Shown here: piece by piece, positions 54,836-64,000 of the stretch
Layout: every line of letters starts with the position of its first letter
Position numbering within the stretch: position 1 is the first letter of the stretch
Assembly (NCBI GenBank): GCA_000004985.1
Contig: GG738869.1
Direction: 5' to 3' (one strand)
DNA length: 64,000 bases
From: Naegleria gruberi
Lineage: Eukaryota
The notes under the pieces: generated by a model
Seen by the model: only the letters and a program-made list of their open reading frames with translations
What the model was told of the DNA's origin: nothing
Databases searched by the model: none
Position numbers and translations under genes: made by a program

Positions 54836-56899
54836 ATGATGCAAAGTGAAGAGGATGCATCCTCACTAAAATCCTATCCATCCTCTAATCATCATCATCA
54901 TTATGATCATCATCATCGTACCGGTAGTAGTAGTGGTACTGGTAATGGTGTTAGTAGTACAACCACTACACCTGTTTCTCCAGTAAAGAAAAAAGTAGTA
55001 GCCTTTGGATCCGATGTTAGTGATGATGAACAACAAGATGAAGATAGTGAATTAATTGTTTATATGGATGAGAGTAGATTATTTAACAAACATCGTAATC
55101 ATTATTCATCTTCCAATAATACCTCATCCAATTCTACTGTTAATAATTCATCTAATCAAGGCTCAAATGATGAAGAATTAACAGCCTTTGAAAATTTCTC
55201 AAATTCAGTTTCGGGAACTAAAATTTCATATTCAAGTCGTAAAAGAAGAGTATCTGTTTGGATACCAACTTTATCAAATGGTTTAATTTCATCACTAACT
55301 GCTAAAATTACAAATACTGTTGAATTTGATTTTAATAAGAAGAATTTAGATTCAAATGCTAGTCCTATGAAAGAAAAGAAATATGTTGGATATTCTATTG
55401 ATATTACAATTGGATTTAATAATGATCATACTAAATGTCAATGGTCTGTTATAAGAAGATATAATGAATTTAAGAAGTTTTATTCACTTTTAAAGAAAAC
55501 ATGTACAAATAAGGATAAATTTGGATTAATTAAATTTCCAAATAAGAGTCCAATTACAAGTTTTAACGATTCAAATTTATTAGAATTTAGAAAAAAGATA
55601 TTTAATGAATTTTTGAGTTCAGTCATTTCAATGGCTTCACATGAAACTGAAGAAGGAAAGAAAATTTCTTCTTTTGAATTTTTGATTTATTATTTTTTAG
55701 ATATTCATAATTCACCTGTTTCATTTTTATTTGATCATCCATATGGAGAAGTTTTTAAACAAATTAATCAATTTTATCAAACAACAAGAGAAGAAAAGAG
55801 AAGATTAAAAAGATTAATTGAAATTGAAAGAAATTATGATGAAGAACAAGAAAGTGATAATGCTCAATATTTATTAAGAGAACAAGAATGGTATGAATAT
55901 AAATTTCAAAGACTTGAAGAATTAAATAGAGAATTAAATGAATTAAGATTAGGAGGTGATGATTTTTTTATAGATTTAAAAGGAAAACCACATATTCTTT
56001 CAGTTGATAAATTATCAAGTTCACTTCATATTTATTTATTAAGTGAAAATACATCTGATAGATTAGAACATACATTTGTACAACAAATTTATATAGATTC
56101 AATTCAAATTATTAGAGAATGTAATTCAACATATAGAGGAGATGGATTTGAAATGATTGATATTCAATTATTGAATGGTGAATCTTTTCAATTTTATGTT
56201 TTTGATAGAAAGGAATTAATTTACTCTGTTGGTGCTCAAGTTAATCAGTACAAATTAGCAAAAGCTAAATTTATTAACTATCTTGTTTGTACAGTTTTAA
56301 GATTGAAAAAGGAAAAATATGATGAAAGTAATCAAATTCATGAACAAGATTTAATGGAACTTTATTCATTACTTAAACCTGATGATCCACTTACAAAGAG
56401 AAAATCAAGACAATGGATTAATATTGGATTTCAAGGTGATAATCCTTCAACAGATTTTAGAGGAGGTGGTTACATGTCATTGAGAATGTTATTATTCTTT
56501 GCTCAAAATGAAAGTGAAACGATGAAATTATTATTAAGTGATCATGCTGATTATCCATTGTGTGTATCTGGAATTAATTTATTCTTTACTTTATGTACTT
56601 TATTAGATTTGGATAATATTTCAACATCACCTACTATTGAAAGTATTGAAGAGAAATTTCCACTTTTCAGATTTTTATGTCTTTTATTGAAGAATAATTA
56701 TGAACAAGATTGTGAACATTTATTTGGACAAGCATTCATTCTATTATGTAGATTATTACACAAAATATTCATTGATGAATGTGCTGGATATATGGACTAT
56801 CCAAATATTGTGGAAAAGTGTAAAAAATTATTAGAGGAGGCACTTGTAAAGAGACCAAATGATTTTGATAGTTTGAGAGTTTCACTTGGTCTTTTATAA
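54836..56899 (+). CDS. PX-domain / ELMO-domain protein
   Basis: PX-like RRYNEFKKFYSLLKK...FPNKS...LLEFRKKIFNEFL. C-terminal ELMO/CED-12 motif WINIGFQGDNPSTDFRGGGYMSLRMLLFF. An N-terminal His/Ser-rich low-complexity region precedes both. Confidence 0.65.
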   Translation: MMQSEEDASSLKSYPSSNHHHHYDHHHRTGSSSGTGNGVSSTTTTPVSPVKKKVVAFGSDVSDDEQQDEDSELIVYMDESRLFNKHRNHYSSSNNTSSNSTVNNSSNQGSNDEELTAFENFSNSVSGTKISYSSRKRRVSVWIPTLSNGLISSLTAKITNTVEFDFNKKNLDSNASPMKEKKYVGYSIDITIGFNNDHTKCQWSVIRRYNEFKKFYSLLKKTCTNKDKFGLIKFPNKSPITSFNDSNLLEFRKKIFNEFLSSVISMASHETEEGKKISSFEFLIYYFLDIHNSPVSFLFDHPYGEVFKQINQFYQTTREEKRRLKRLIEIERNYDEEQESDNAQYLLREQEWYEYKFQRLEELNRELNELRLGGDDFFIDLKGKPHILSVDKLSSSLHIYLLSENTSDRLEHTFVQQIYIDSIQIIRECNSTYRGDGFEMIDIQLLNGESFQFYVFDRKELIYSVGAQVNQYKLAKAKFINYLVCTVLRLKKEKYDESNQIHEQDLMELYSLLKPDDPLTKRKSRQWINIGFQGDNPSTDFRGGGYMSLRMLLFFAQNESETMKLLLSDHADYPLCVSGINLFFTLCTLLDLDNISTSPTIESIEEKFPLFRFLCLLLKNNYEQDCEHLFGQAFILLCRLLHKIFIDECAGYMDYPNIVEKCKKLLEEALVKRPNDFDSLRVSLGLL

Positions 56900-57276
56900 C
56901 AATTTTAATTAAATTTAGTAATTTAAGTTCAGTTGTAAATTTCATCATCCACCATGATGGATCTTCAAAATAACTCATTTTCAAAGACTAGTTGGAGTAT
57001 CTCATCAAATCTTGAGGTTTAGGATCAAACAGTAATTATGCCAAAGTTTCTTCAATTTCTTTTTCACCAATTTGCATTTGTTTACAGTTTCGATCAAACG
57101 TGATGTGGTTCAATGAATCCATTACAAGTTGTTTGAATGACAAAGTCTTTGCAATCCAAAGCTGTGCAGAAATGAACCTTTCATAAGGCTTTCATTATCT
57201 CCACACTCCGTAAGCAACAGGAGTTTAGGTCCTACCTAATTAATCATTCTCATCACAATGCCAGCTGTCAAAAAAA

Positions 57277-58956
57277 ATGGGTTCAACGATTTCACAAAGT
57301 GAAAGTAATGTTGCTTCTTTTTTTGCGGAAGATGATATTGTTGGTGATGATGGATCCATCTATAATCACCAACAATATTCAACAAAAAACAATTCAGCCA
57401 CCACTTCTAATTCTACTAATTCTAATTCTAATAATTCTAATGTTTCTAATAATAATACTATTAATAATAATATATATTGTGTTGGATGTAGTGATGGAGG
57501 TAAAACTTCATTTCACAATCAATTAAAATCCAAATTTCACATGAAAATTCACAAGAATGAAAAAATCAGAGCTACACTCATCATTAAAACTTGTCTATCA
57601 TCAATTCAAGATATAATTTTCATTGTCATGTCAGATCAAGAAAGAAATGATTTTATTCATAAAATTAAAAAATCAGATCCACAAATTTATGATTTTTTAC
57701 TCAACTTGACAAATATTACAAGAAAATGGGAATTTACAAAATCAGAATCAATTCAATATGGACAATATATTAGAATGATATGGTCTAAATATAAAATAAT
57801 ACAAGAATTATATTATCTATATAAGGATTCTCATCATTTAATTGATAATATTGATGTGTTGTGTAATGAAATGAATATTATTATTTCACAATTATCAGAT
57901 CATCAGAAAAATCAATTTTTAAAAAATACTAAACGACGATTAAATCAACGTTTAAATTCTACCACTGAAATTGTAACAAGTAATTCTTTAAATTGTAATC
58001 AATTGGAAAATAATTTATATGATCAAGATGATGAAGAAGATGGAGAAGAACAGCAACAACAAGATGCTGAAGATTTATATCAATTAGATAATCATATTAA
58101 TAATATTATGAATTCAAAAAAAAAGTCAAAAAAAATTTCAATATTTTCATCTAAATTTAAATCTAATTTTAATTCATCTCAACAAAATAATAATAATACA
58201 TCTCTAAATAATGAAAATAATAATGAAAATAATAATACTAGTCATTATGATAAATATTCACCACTTATTAAATTTTTAACAATTGGTAAAAATGAAACAA
58301 AATTTCAATTTGATTCTAAAAATTTATTTACAATTTTAGATTTAGGTGGAAGAGGAGCAGAAAAAAAGAAATGGGAATTCTTTTTAAATGAAACTAATGC
58401 TGATTTTGTTTTATTTTTTGTCAGCATGTCTGAATTTAATCAAAATTTAATTGAATCTGATAATATAAATAGATTACATGAAAGTTTAACTATATATAGA
58501 GATATTATTAATAGAGCTTTATTAAGAAATACTAAAGATATTATTTTAATATTTACTAAACCTGATATATTTTTACATAAAATGGAAAATAATATTGAAT
58601 TTAAATTACCAAATATAGAAGGATTAAATATTCCTAAAATGGAAACTATTAGACCTGAATTATTAAAATTAAAAGATAATATTAAATTAGAAATTAATAA
58701 TTTAATTAATTTATTTGAAAATATTCATTTAAATTCATTTAATAATATAACATTTAAATATCATATTGTAAATATAATAAATATTAAAGAATGTCAAGAA
58801 TTTATTGAAATTTTATTAAGACAAACAATTGTAAAAGATTATATTGAAAATTCATTACATAAATTGACAAGTATAAATTATTCTCCTTTTATATCAAAAT
58901 GTTTATTTAAGGAAAGTAAATTTGAAATTCAAAGATTTTTATTTTTCAGATTGTAA
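57277..58956 (+). CDS. Divergent heterotrimeric G-protein alpha-like subunit (catalytic Gln replaced)
   Basis: MGSTIS (Gly2, myristoylation-type). P-loop CVGCSDGGKTS (GxxxxGKT/S). Switch II LDLGGRGAEKKKW versus canonical DVGGQRSERKKW. FVLFFVSMSEFNQ...NRLHESLTIYRDII...IILIFTKPDIF matches G-alpha C-terminal motifs. A long N-rich insertion is present. Confidence 0.6.
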   Translation: MGSTISQSESNVASFFAEDDIVGDDGSIYNHQQYSTKNNSATTSNSTNSNSNNSNVSNNNTINNNIYCVGCSDGGKTSFHNQLKSKFHMKIHKNEKIRATLIIKTCLSSIQDIIFIVMSDQERNDFIHKIKKSDPQIYDFLLNLTNITRKWEFTKSESIQYGQYIRMIWSKYKIIQELYYLYKDSHHLIDNIDVLCNEMNIIISQLSDHQKNQFLKNTKRRLNQRLNSTTEIVTSNSLNCNQLENNLYDQDDEEDGEEQQQQDAEDLYQLDNHINNIMNSKKKSKKISIFSSKFKSNFNSSQQNNNNTSLNNENNNENNNTSHYDKYSPLIKFLTIGKNETKFQFDSKNLFTILDLGGRGAEKKKWEFFLNETNADFVLFFVSMSEFNQNLIESDNINRLHESLTIYRDIINRALLRNTKDIILIFTKPDIFLHKMENNIEFKLPNIEGLNIPKMETIRPELLKLKDNIKLEINNLINLFENIHLNSFNNITFKYHIVNIINIKECQEFIEILLRQTIVKDYIENSLHKLTSINYSPFISKCLFKESKFEIQRFLFFRL

Positions 58957-59241
58957 TTTTATTTGTTTACAGTAATAAATTATTTAAATAATATTATAAA
59001 ATATTCAATTACTATTCTTCTCCAATCAGCTGTATTCACTAACTTATTTACATAAAACGAATAGGTAGCATAGATCTTACTCAGAGATCTTATCCTCTAA
59101 ACTAGATTCGAACTATTACAAGTATAATATTACAAATATATCAGTTTCTTCATAATTATCTTTTGATTTTTGTAATTGTTAAATTAGAAGCTAATTAGAT
59201 CTCTAACAAAGGCTAAAAAAAAACTTCTTCAAATAAAAAAA

Positions 59242-61703
59242 ATGTCTTCAACCGATAATCACCAACAACAACAACAATTATTAAAATTTGAACTTGTTCA
59301 ATCACTTGTTGATCATGAATTTTGGTACGATCTGGAAAATAAAAAGTTATTAGAATACAAATTAGATAACAAGCCTAAACAAATTCAAGCCTCCTATAAT
59401 ACTGGTAAATTATTTAATTCTCAAGTATTAAATGCTACTCATCATACTAATGATCAAGTAAATCTTAGTTCCAAGTTGAGATTGGGTGAAAATGCTTTTG
59501 ATCATCATCATTTAAATACTTCCAATACTATTAATACTATTAATACTACTATTAACAATAATAATAATTTATATTATTCAAATGGTACATTATATAATGC
59601 TAATACTATTGAAGAATTTAATAATTATGATAAAAAGAGTATTTTAAGAAATGTTGGATTAGAAACAATTTATAACAAAATTGTTAATCAAGAATGGTTA
59701 AAAAATCCAAATGAATTAACTCACTTTTTATTATTAACATTTGCAGATTTAAAACAACATGCTTTCCATTATTGGTTTGCATTTCCATCTTTATCTTTAT
59801 CTGATATGGAAATTAAATATGAAAAATCAGAATTATTAAATGAAGAAATTCAATTAAAATTACAAAATGAATTATTAACATTTAAATCTAATCATTCTAA
59901 AGAAGAACATGGATTTTATTTAATTATTGAAAATGAAAATTCTTATCAAATTAAATCACTTTCTGAATTTGAAAATGTTATAAATGGAAATGAAAAGTAT
60001 TATTTAGGATTTTCAGATCCATCTGCATTGAATGAATATCCATCAATGATTTTAAGAAATTATTTATTAGCAAGTTATTTAACATTTAAAAAAGATTTAT
60101 TTAATGTTATTGCTTTTAGACAAGATCAAAGTTTATTATTAAAAAATGTTAAAATTACAACAAGTATTGAAAATATTGAAAATATTCAAGAATTAAAAGA
60201 TAAAATTTCAGTTATTGGATGGGAAAAGAATACTAAAAATAAATTAGGACCTAGATTTACAAATATGGGAAGTACAATGGATCCAATTAAATTAGCAGAA
60301 AGTTCAGTAACATTAAATTTACAATTAATGAAATGGAGAATGTTTCCAACACTTAATTTAGATAAATTAGGTAAAACTAAATGTTTATTAATTGGAAGTG
60401 GAACACTTGGATGTCATGTTGCAAGAAATTTAATGGCGTGGGGAATATTTAATATAACATTTGTTGATAGAACACGTGTTAGTTTTAGTAATCCAGTTAG
60501 ACAACCATTATATGAATATGAAGATTGTTTAAATGGTGGTAAAGATAAAGCATCATGTGCTGCTGAACATTTACGTAGAATTTATCCAAATGTTAATGTT
60601 CAATCACATAGTTTAGATATTCCAATGCCAGGTCATTTCATTACAGATCGTCAAAAAACTTTAGAATCCTATAAGAAATTACATGACCTCATTGAAGAAC
60701 ATGATGTTATTTATTTATTAACTGATACAAGAGAATCAAGATGGTTACCTTCGTTAATTGGTATTAGAAAAAAAAAGATTATTATTAATGCTGCTTTAGG
60801 TTTTGAATCTTATCTTGTTATGAGATATGGTGTTTATGGTGATAATAGCAATGATAACAACAATAATGATAGTACTAATGAAAACAATGATGAATTTAAA
60901 GAAATGACATCAAAGAGATTGGGTTGTTATTTCTGTAATGATGTTGTTGCTCCTGTTAATGTAAGTAAGAATAATATGACAATTTCATGTGTGATAATGA
61001 ACTATATATTGAACTAACTATATATTGAAATATTTTATAGAGTACAAAGGATAGAACACTTGATCAACAATGTACTGTAACAAGACCAGGAGTTAGTGCC
61101 ATTGCAGGATCCTTAGCAGTTGAATTACTTGTTTCATTGACACATCATCCAGAATATAAATATGCTTCTGCATATAATCCAACAAGTCAAAATAATGATG
61201 GACATGTTGAGTCAGATTTAGGAGTTGTTCCTCATCAAATTCGTGGATCAATTTCAAATTATCAAACCAATTTATTATATGGTTCAAGTTATAATCAATG
61301 TACTTGTTGTTCTCCAATTGTTTTGCAAAATTATGCAAAGGATGATTTTAATTTCTTGGAACGTTGTTTTAATGATTCTAAATATTTGGAAGAATTAACT
61401 GGTTTAAAACAATTACATGAACAAACTTTGAAATTATTGCAAGATTTTGATTATTCAAGTGAAGAAGAAGAGGATGATGAAAATATTAATGAAAAATCGT
61501 CAACAACAAAGGAGCAACAAGCCTCCACAATTACTACCACAGAAAAGAAGGAAGAAGCATTGACAGAAATGAGTAAAGAAGCACTTATTGAAAAGATTAA
61601 ACAACTTGAAAAGGAGAATCAACAATTGAAAAAGACTCACCCACCTTCCAAGGCTACTGCTACAGATGAAGAGGATGATTTGGATGGATTTGAGGTTCTT
61701 TAA
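59242..61703 (+). CDS. atg7: Autophagy E1-like enzyme ATG7
   Basis: Two exons (59242..60960, 61041..61703) with an 80-nt intron. LIGSGTLGCHVARNLMAWGIFNITFVDRTRVSFSNPVRQPLYEYEDCLNGGKDKA and STKDRTLDQQCTVTRPGVSAIAGSLAVELLVS align to ATG7. N-rich inserts are present. Confidence 0.85.
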
Positions 61704-61837
61704 AATATTTGAACAACATTAATATTCAATATTATTTTCATATAAAATGTACCACAATTTTTTAGGACATTAATGGTGCGTCTAAGCCCAATAAATAAAT
61801 GTGAGAAATTCCTCTCTCTTAAAATTGGTTCTTTTAA

Positions 61838-61968
61838 TATGATGCAGAGGTGCTACTCTATTCTTCTCTGAGAGATGTGCAGTGGTTTCCCCAATTGTTA
61901 CGACTAAAAGCGTAATTACCACTTTCGAGGTGCTGACTACCTTGAACCCCTTGGTTTTTTACTTTTTT
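61838..61968 (+). ncRNA. Candidate small ncRNA (snoRNA-like or Pol III transcript) ending in T-runs
   Basis: Locally GC-richer noncoding block in AT-rich intergenic DNA. It contains ATGATGC (C-box-like), two CTGA motifs and a GAGGTGCT(A/G)ACT direct repeat. It is followed by TTGGTTTTTTACTTTTTT. Confidence 0.2.
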
Positions 61969-62023
61969 AATTTTAATAGAAATTTAAAAACAATAAGAAA
62001 GGCTTTGTTCACCCTCACCAATA

Positions 62024-62224
62024 ATGGAAAGGAATGTAAATGGAGAGGAGTCTGTATCCACTGCTTCTATTGGTTCTGTTCAACAACAGGTTGCTACAGA
62101 GCAGGGTAATGATGAATTGAAGAAGGAAAATATTAAAATTGAAACTTTATCGGAACTACAACAATTACGTTATATTTTGTATAATTATTTAAAGGATGAA
62201 AAAGATAACAATATCAACAATTAA
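62024..62224 (+). CDS. Small hypothetical ORF (66 aa), possibly coding
   Basis: Begins at an ATG. It lies downstream of a relatively GC-rich noncoding block and has no recognisable domain. Confidence 0.15.
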   Translation: MERNVNGEESVSTASIGSVQQQVATEQGNDELKKENIKIETLSELQQLRYILYNYLKDEKDNNINN

Positions 62225-62338
62225 TTATATAGATGATTTCCATTCTTTGAATTTACTTATCGGAAGTTGTTTCTCCACAAACTTTTGTTATTATTAAATA
62301 TGTCATAGCAATAAAAAATATCATCACAATTAAATATC

Positions 62339-62778
62339 ATGCCTATTATTACAACATCTTCATTGTTACATTCATCATCGGGTAGCAGTCATCATTCATC
62401 CAATACAACAGCAACATCACCCACTGGCAGTAGTGGTAATATAGGTAGTTTAACCTCCTCCTCAACTACGACAACAACACTCCTCGAACAACCACCTTCA
62501 TTTCAACCAAGTGAAGTTAGCCTTGTCAAATTAAAATTAAAATCACAAAGAGCAAAAAAGAAAGTAGCCTTTGATAATACAGTTGAAGATAACGAATTTA
62601 AACCAATGAGAACATCTAAAAGTAAGTTTAGATTGTTTTTACTAATTTAATTAAACAACAATTAGAATGTTGTATTTTCCATCGTAAGAAGAGGTATGAT
62701 GAAAGTGATACAGAAAGTGATAGTAGTAGTGATGAAGAAGAAGATTCTAATTGTCCACAATGTAATAGTAATGAATAA
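62339..62778 (+). CDS. PP1 regulatory subunit PPP1R11 / Ypi1 (inhibitor-3) homolog
   Basis: Two exons (62339..62621, 62666..62778) with a 44-nt intron. KKKVAFDNTVEDNEF...SK-K-CCIFHRKKRYDESDTESDSSSDEEED..CPQC matches the Ypi1 signature KV.W...VvDNE...SKcCCIy.k......ESstESD......C.hc. Confidence 0.65.
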
Positions 62779-62779
62779 T

Positions 62780-64000
62780 TTATTGTTTCTTCTTTTTAGA
62801 AGGAGAAAAGTATTCTAACAAATTACTAGATTTTGATTTGGGTGTTGTTTTCTTATTAGGTGATGAATTATTCTTATTTTCAAAATGTGAATTAACATGA
62901 ACATCTATTAAACTTGGAAAACACTCCTTACCACATATTATACATTTAACTTTTCCACTTGTAATACTATTGTCATCATTAGATGATGATTGATTATTAT
63001 TACTAATAGTATTTTGAATAGTACTATTACTATTAGCACTAATAGTAATATTATTATTGGATGATGATTGATTGGAAATTAAACTTGTTGTAATATTACT
63101 ATTATTATTATTACTAGTCAATTTGGAAATATTAGGAATCTTTTCAGATAAATATCTTTGATTGTCATCATTAGCAGAAGATGATAATGTTACATTATCG
63201 GAATGACAACTGGTTTCCTTGCTTGTTTGATTAAATACTAGTAATGTATTATTGTTATTACTACTACCATTCTTATTATTACTATTATTACTATTACTAC
63301 CACTACTACTATTGGATGAATGTGTTGTTGAAATATTTAAAGATGGATAAATAAAATTAGTATAACTTAATGAAATCCATCTTAATTGTAATTTTGAATC
63401 TTTTAATAAATTTTTATCATTTACTTGTTCATATGAATCATAAATTGATGAATATTTGAGAATGGATGTTAGTTTTTTACTCATTCTCAAGACTCTAATT
63501 GAAATTTCAATTAATTGTTCAACATTTAAATATTTTTCCTTTTTTGTTTGAAATATTTTCCAAAGTTGTGAAATTGTTAAAGTTGATTGTTCTTCCTTTT
63601 CATCATCAAATCTAAATTTAAAAATTAAATTTAATGGAATTCTTGAATATTTTTGATTATTTACAAATTTTTCATATAAAAGTCCATCTTCATGAATTCT
63701 TTCAAATAATTCCATTGCTATATATGAAATTACTTTCCTAATTGAGGTATGTAAATTTGAAATATTAATGGGAGTTAAAGACATTGAAGTTGAAACTGTT
63801 TTTGGAGGTGAAGATTCTTTTACAATTTCTTCATCAATTCCATTTAATAATTTATAAACTTGTTCAAATAAATTTTCATTTTTTAATAAATTTTTAAAAT
63901 CATTTTTAGAAATTCTTGTTAATAAATCCAATACATTTTCAATTTTATAATCATTTTCTAATATATTTATAAAATCTTTTAATAAATTTGATATTTTTGG
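62780..64000 (-). CDS. Protein with a C-terminal UBZ-type (C2H2) zinc finger; N-terminus runs off the window
   Basis: The C-terminal VKCIICGKECFPSLIDVHVNSHF (C-x2-C-x11-H-x3-H) is ubiquitin-binding-zinc-finger-like. The upstream region is poly-N/S. The track start is TTG, so the real 5' end is unresolved or beyond 64000. Confidence 0.35.
   Translation of the reverse strand, partial: PKISNLLKDFINILENDYKIENVLDLLTRISKNDFKNLLKNENLFEQVYKLLNGIDEEIVKESSPPKTVSTSMSLTPINISNLHTSIRKVISYIAMELFERIHEDGLLYEKFVNNQKYSRIPLNLIFKFRFDDEKEEQSTLTISQLWKIFQTKKEKYLNVEQLIEISIRVLRMSKKLTSILKYSSIYDSYEQVNDKNLLKDSKLQLRWISLSYTNFIYPSLNISTTHSSNSSSGSNSNNSNNKNGSSNNNNTLLVFNQTSKETSCHSDNVTLSSSANDDNQRYLSEKIPNISKLTSNNNNSNITTSLISNQSSSNNNITISANSNSTIQNTISNNNQSSSNDDNSITSGKVKCIICGKECFPSLIDVHVNSHFENKNNSSPNKKTTPKSKSSNLLEYFSPSKKKKQ

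Noticed and set aside
1-64000. CRISPR arrays, rRNA genes, prokaryotic operons
   Set aside because: No direct-repeat/spacer arrays or rRNA-like conserved stretches are present. Gene structure is eukaryotic: introns, monocistronic genes, Pol III tRNAs.

Overview
This is an AT-rich (about 75% AT) eukaryotic nuclear segment, gene-dense with genes on both strands. Codon usage, poly-N/Q coding tracts, GTAAGT donors, (T)AG acceptors and AAAATG start contexts point to a dictyostelid social amoeba (Dictyostelium-like). Introns are unusually short, mostly 37-54 nt with a few of 80-94 nt.

I can support about 40 protein-coding genes, two divergently oriented Pol III tRNA genes (Arg-UCU and Val-AAC), and a few candidate regulatory or ncRNA elements. 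There are no CRISPR arrays, rRNA genes or recognisable transposons. The six-frame ORF track translates TTG/GTG as M, so many listed ORF starts are not real initiators. I re-derived true ATG starts and splice junctions by hand, and coordinates of splice sites may be off by +/-1-2 nt.

Calls I am confident of:
- RNase T2 (partial), Mdm12 (ERMES), glucosidase II alpha (modA), NPRL3, eL24, a BRSK/SAD-like kinase
- arginyl-tRNA synthetase, acid lipase, ACBP (acbA), a USP deubiquitinase, DTWD1-like, VPS26C/DSCR3
- GCAT/KBL, ClpB/Hsp78, ATG7, PPP1R11/Ypi1, Sec14-like, a PX-ELMO protein, a DUSP11-like phosphatase, an F-box/SPRY protein

The most unusual items:
- a truncated RdRP paralog in which the catalytic DLDGD motif reads FKDGD
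- an ArgRS carrying an EMAP/Myf-type tRNA-binding OB domain inserted in its catalytic core
- a G-alpha-like protein lacking the switch-II catalytic Gln
- a 7TM-RGS fusion receptor
- an EF-P-like protein with a mitochondrial presequence
- palindromic E2F-type sites in one promoter
- two relatively GC-rich noncoding islands that may be ncRNAs

I see no novel multi-gene system; the genes look like ordinary, unlinked housekeeping and signalling loci.
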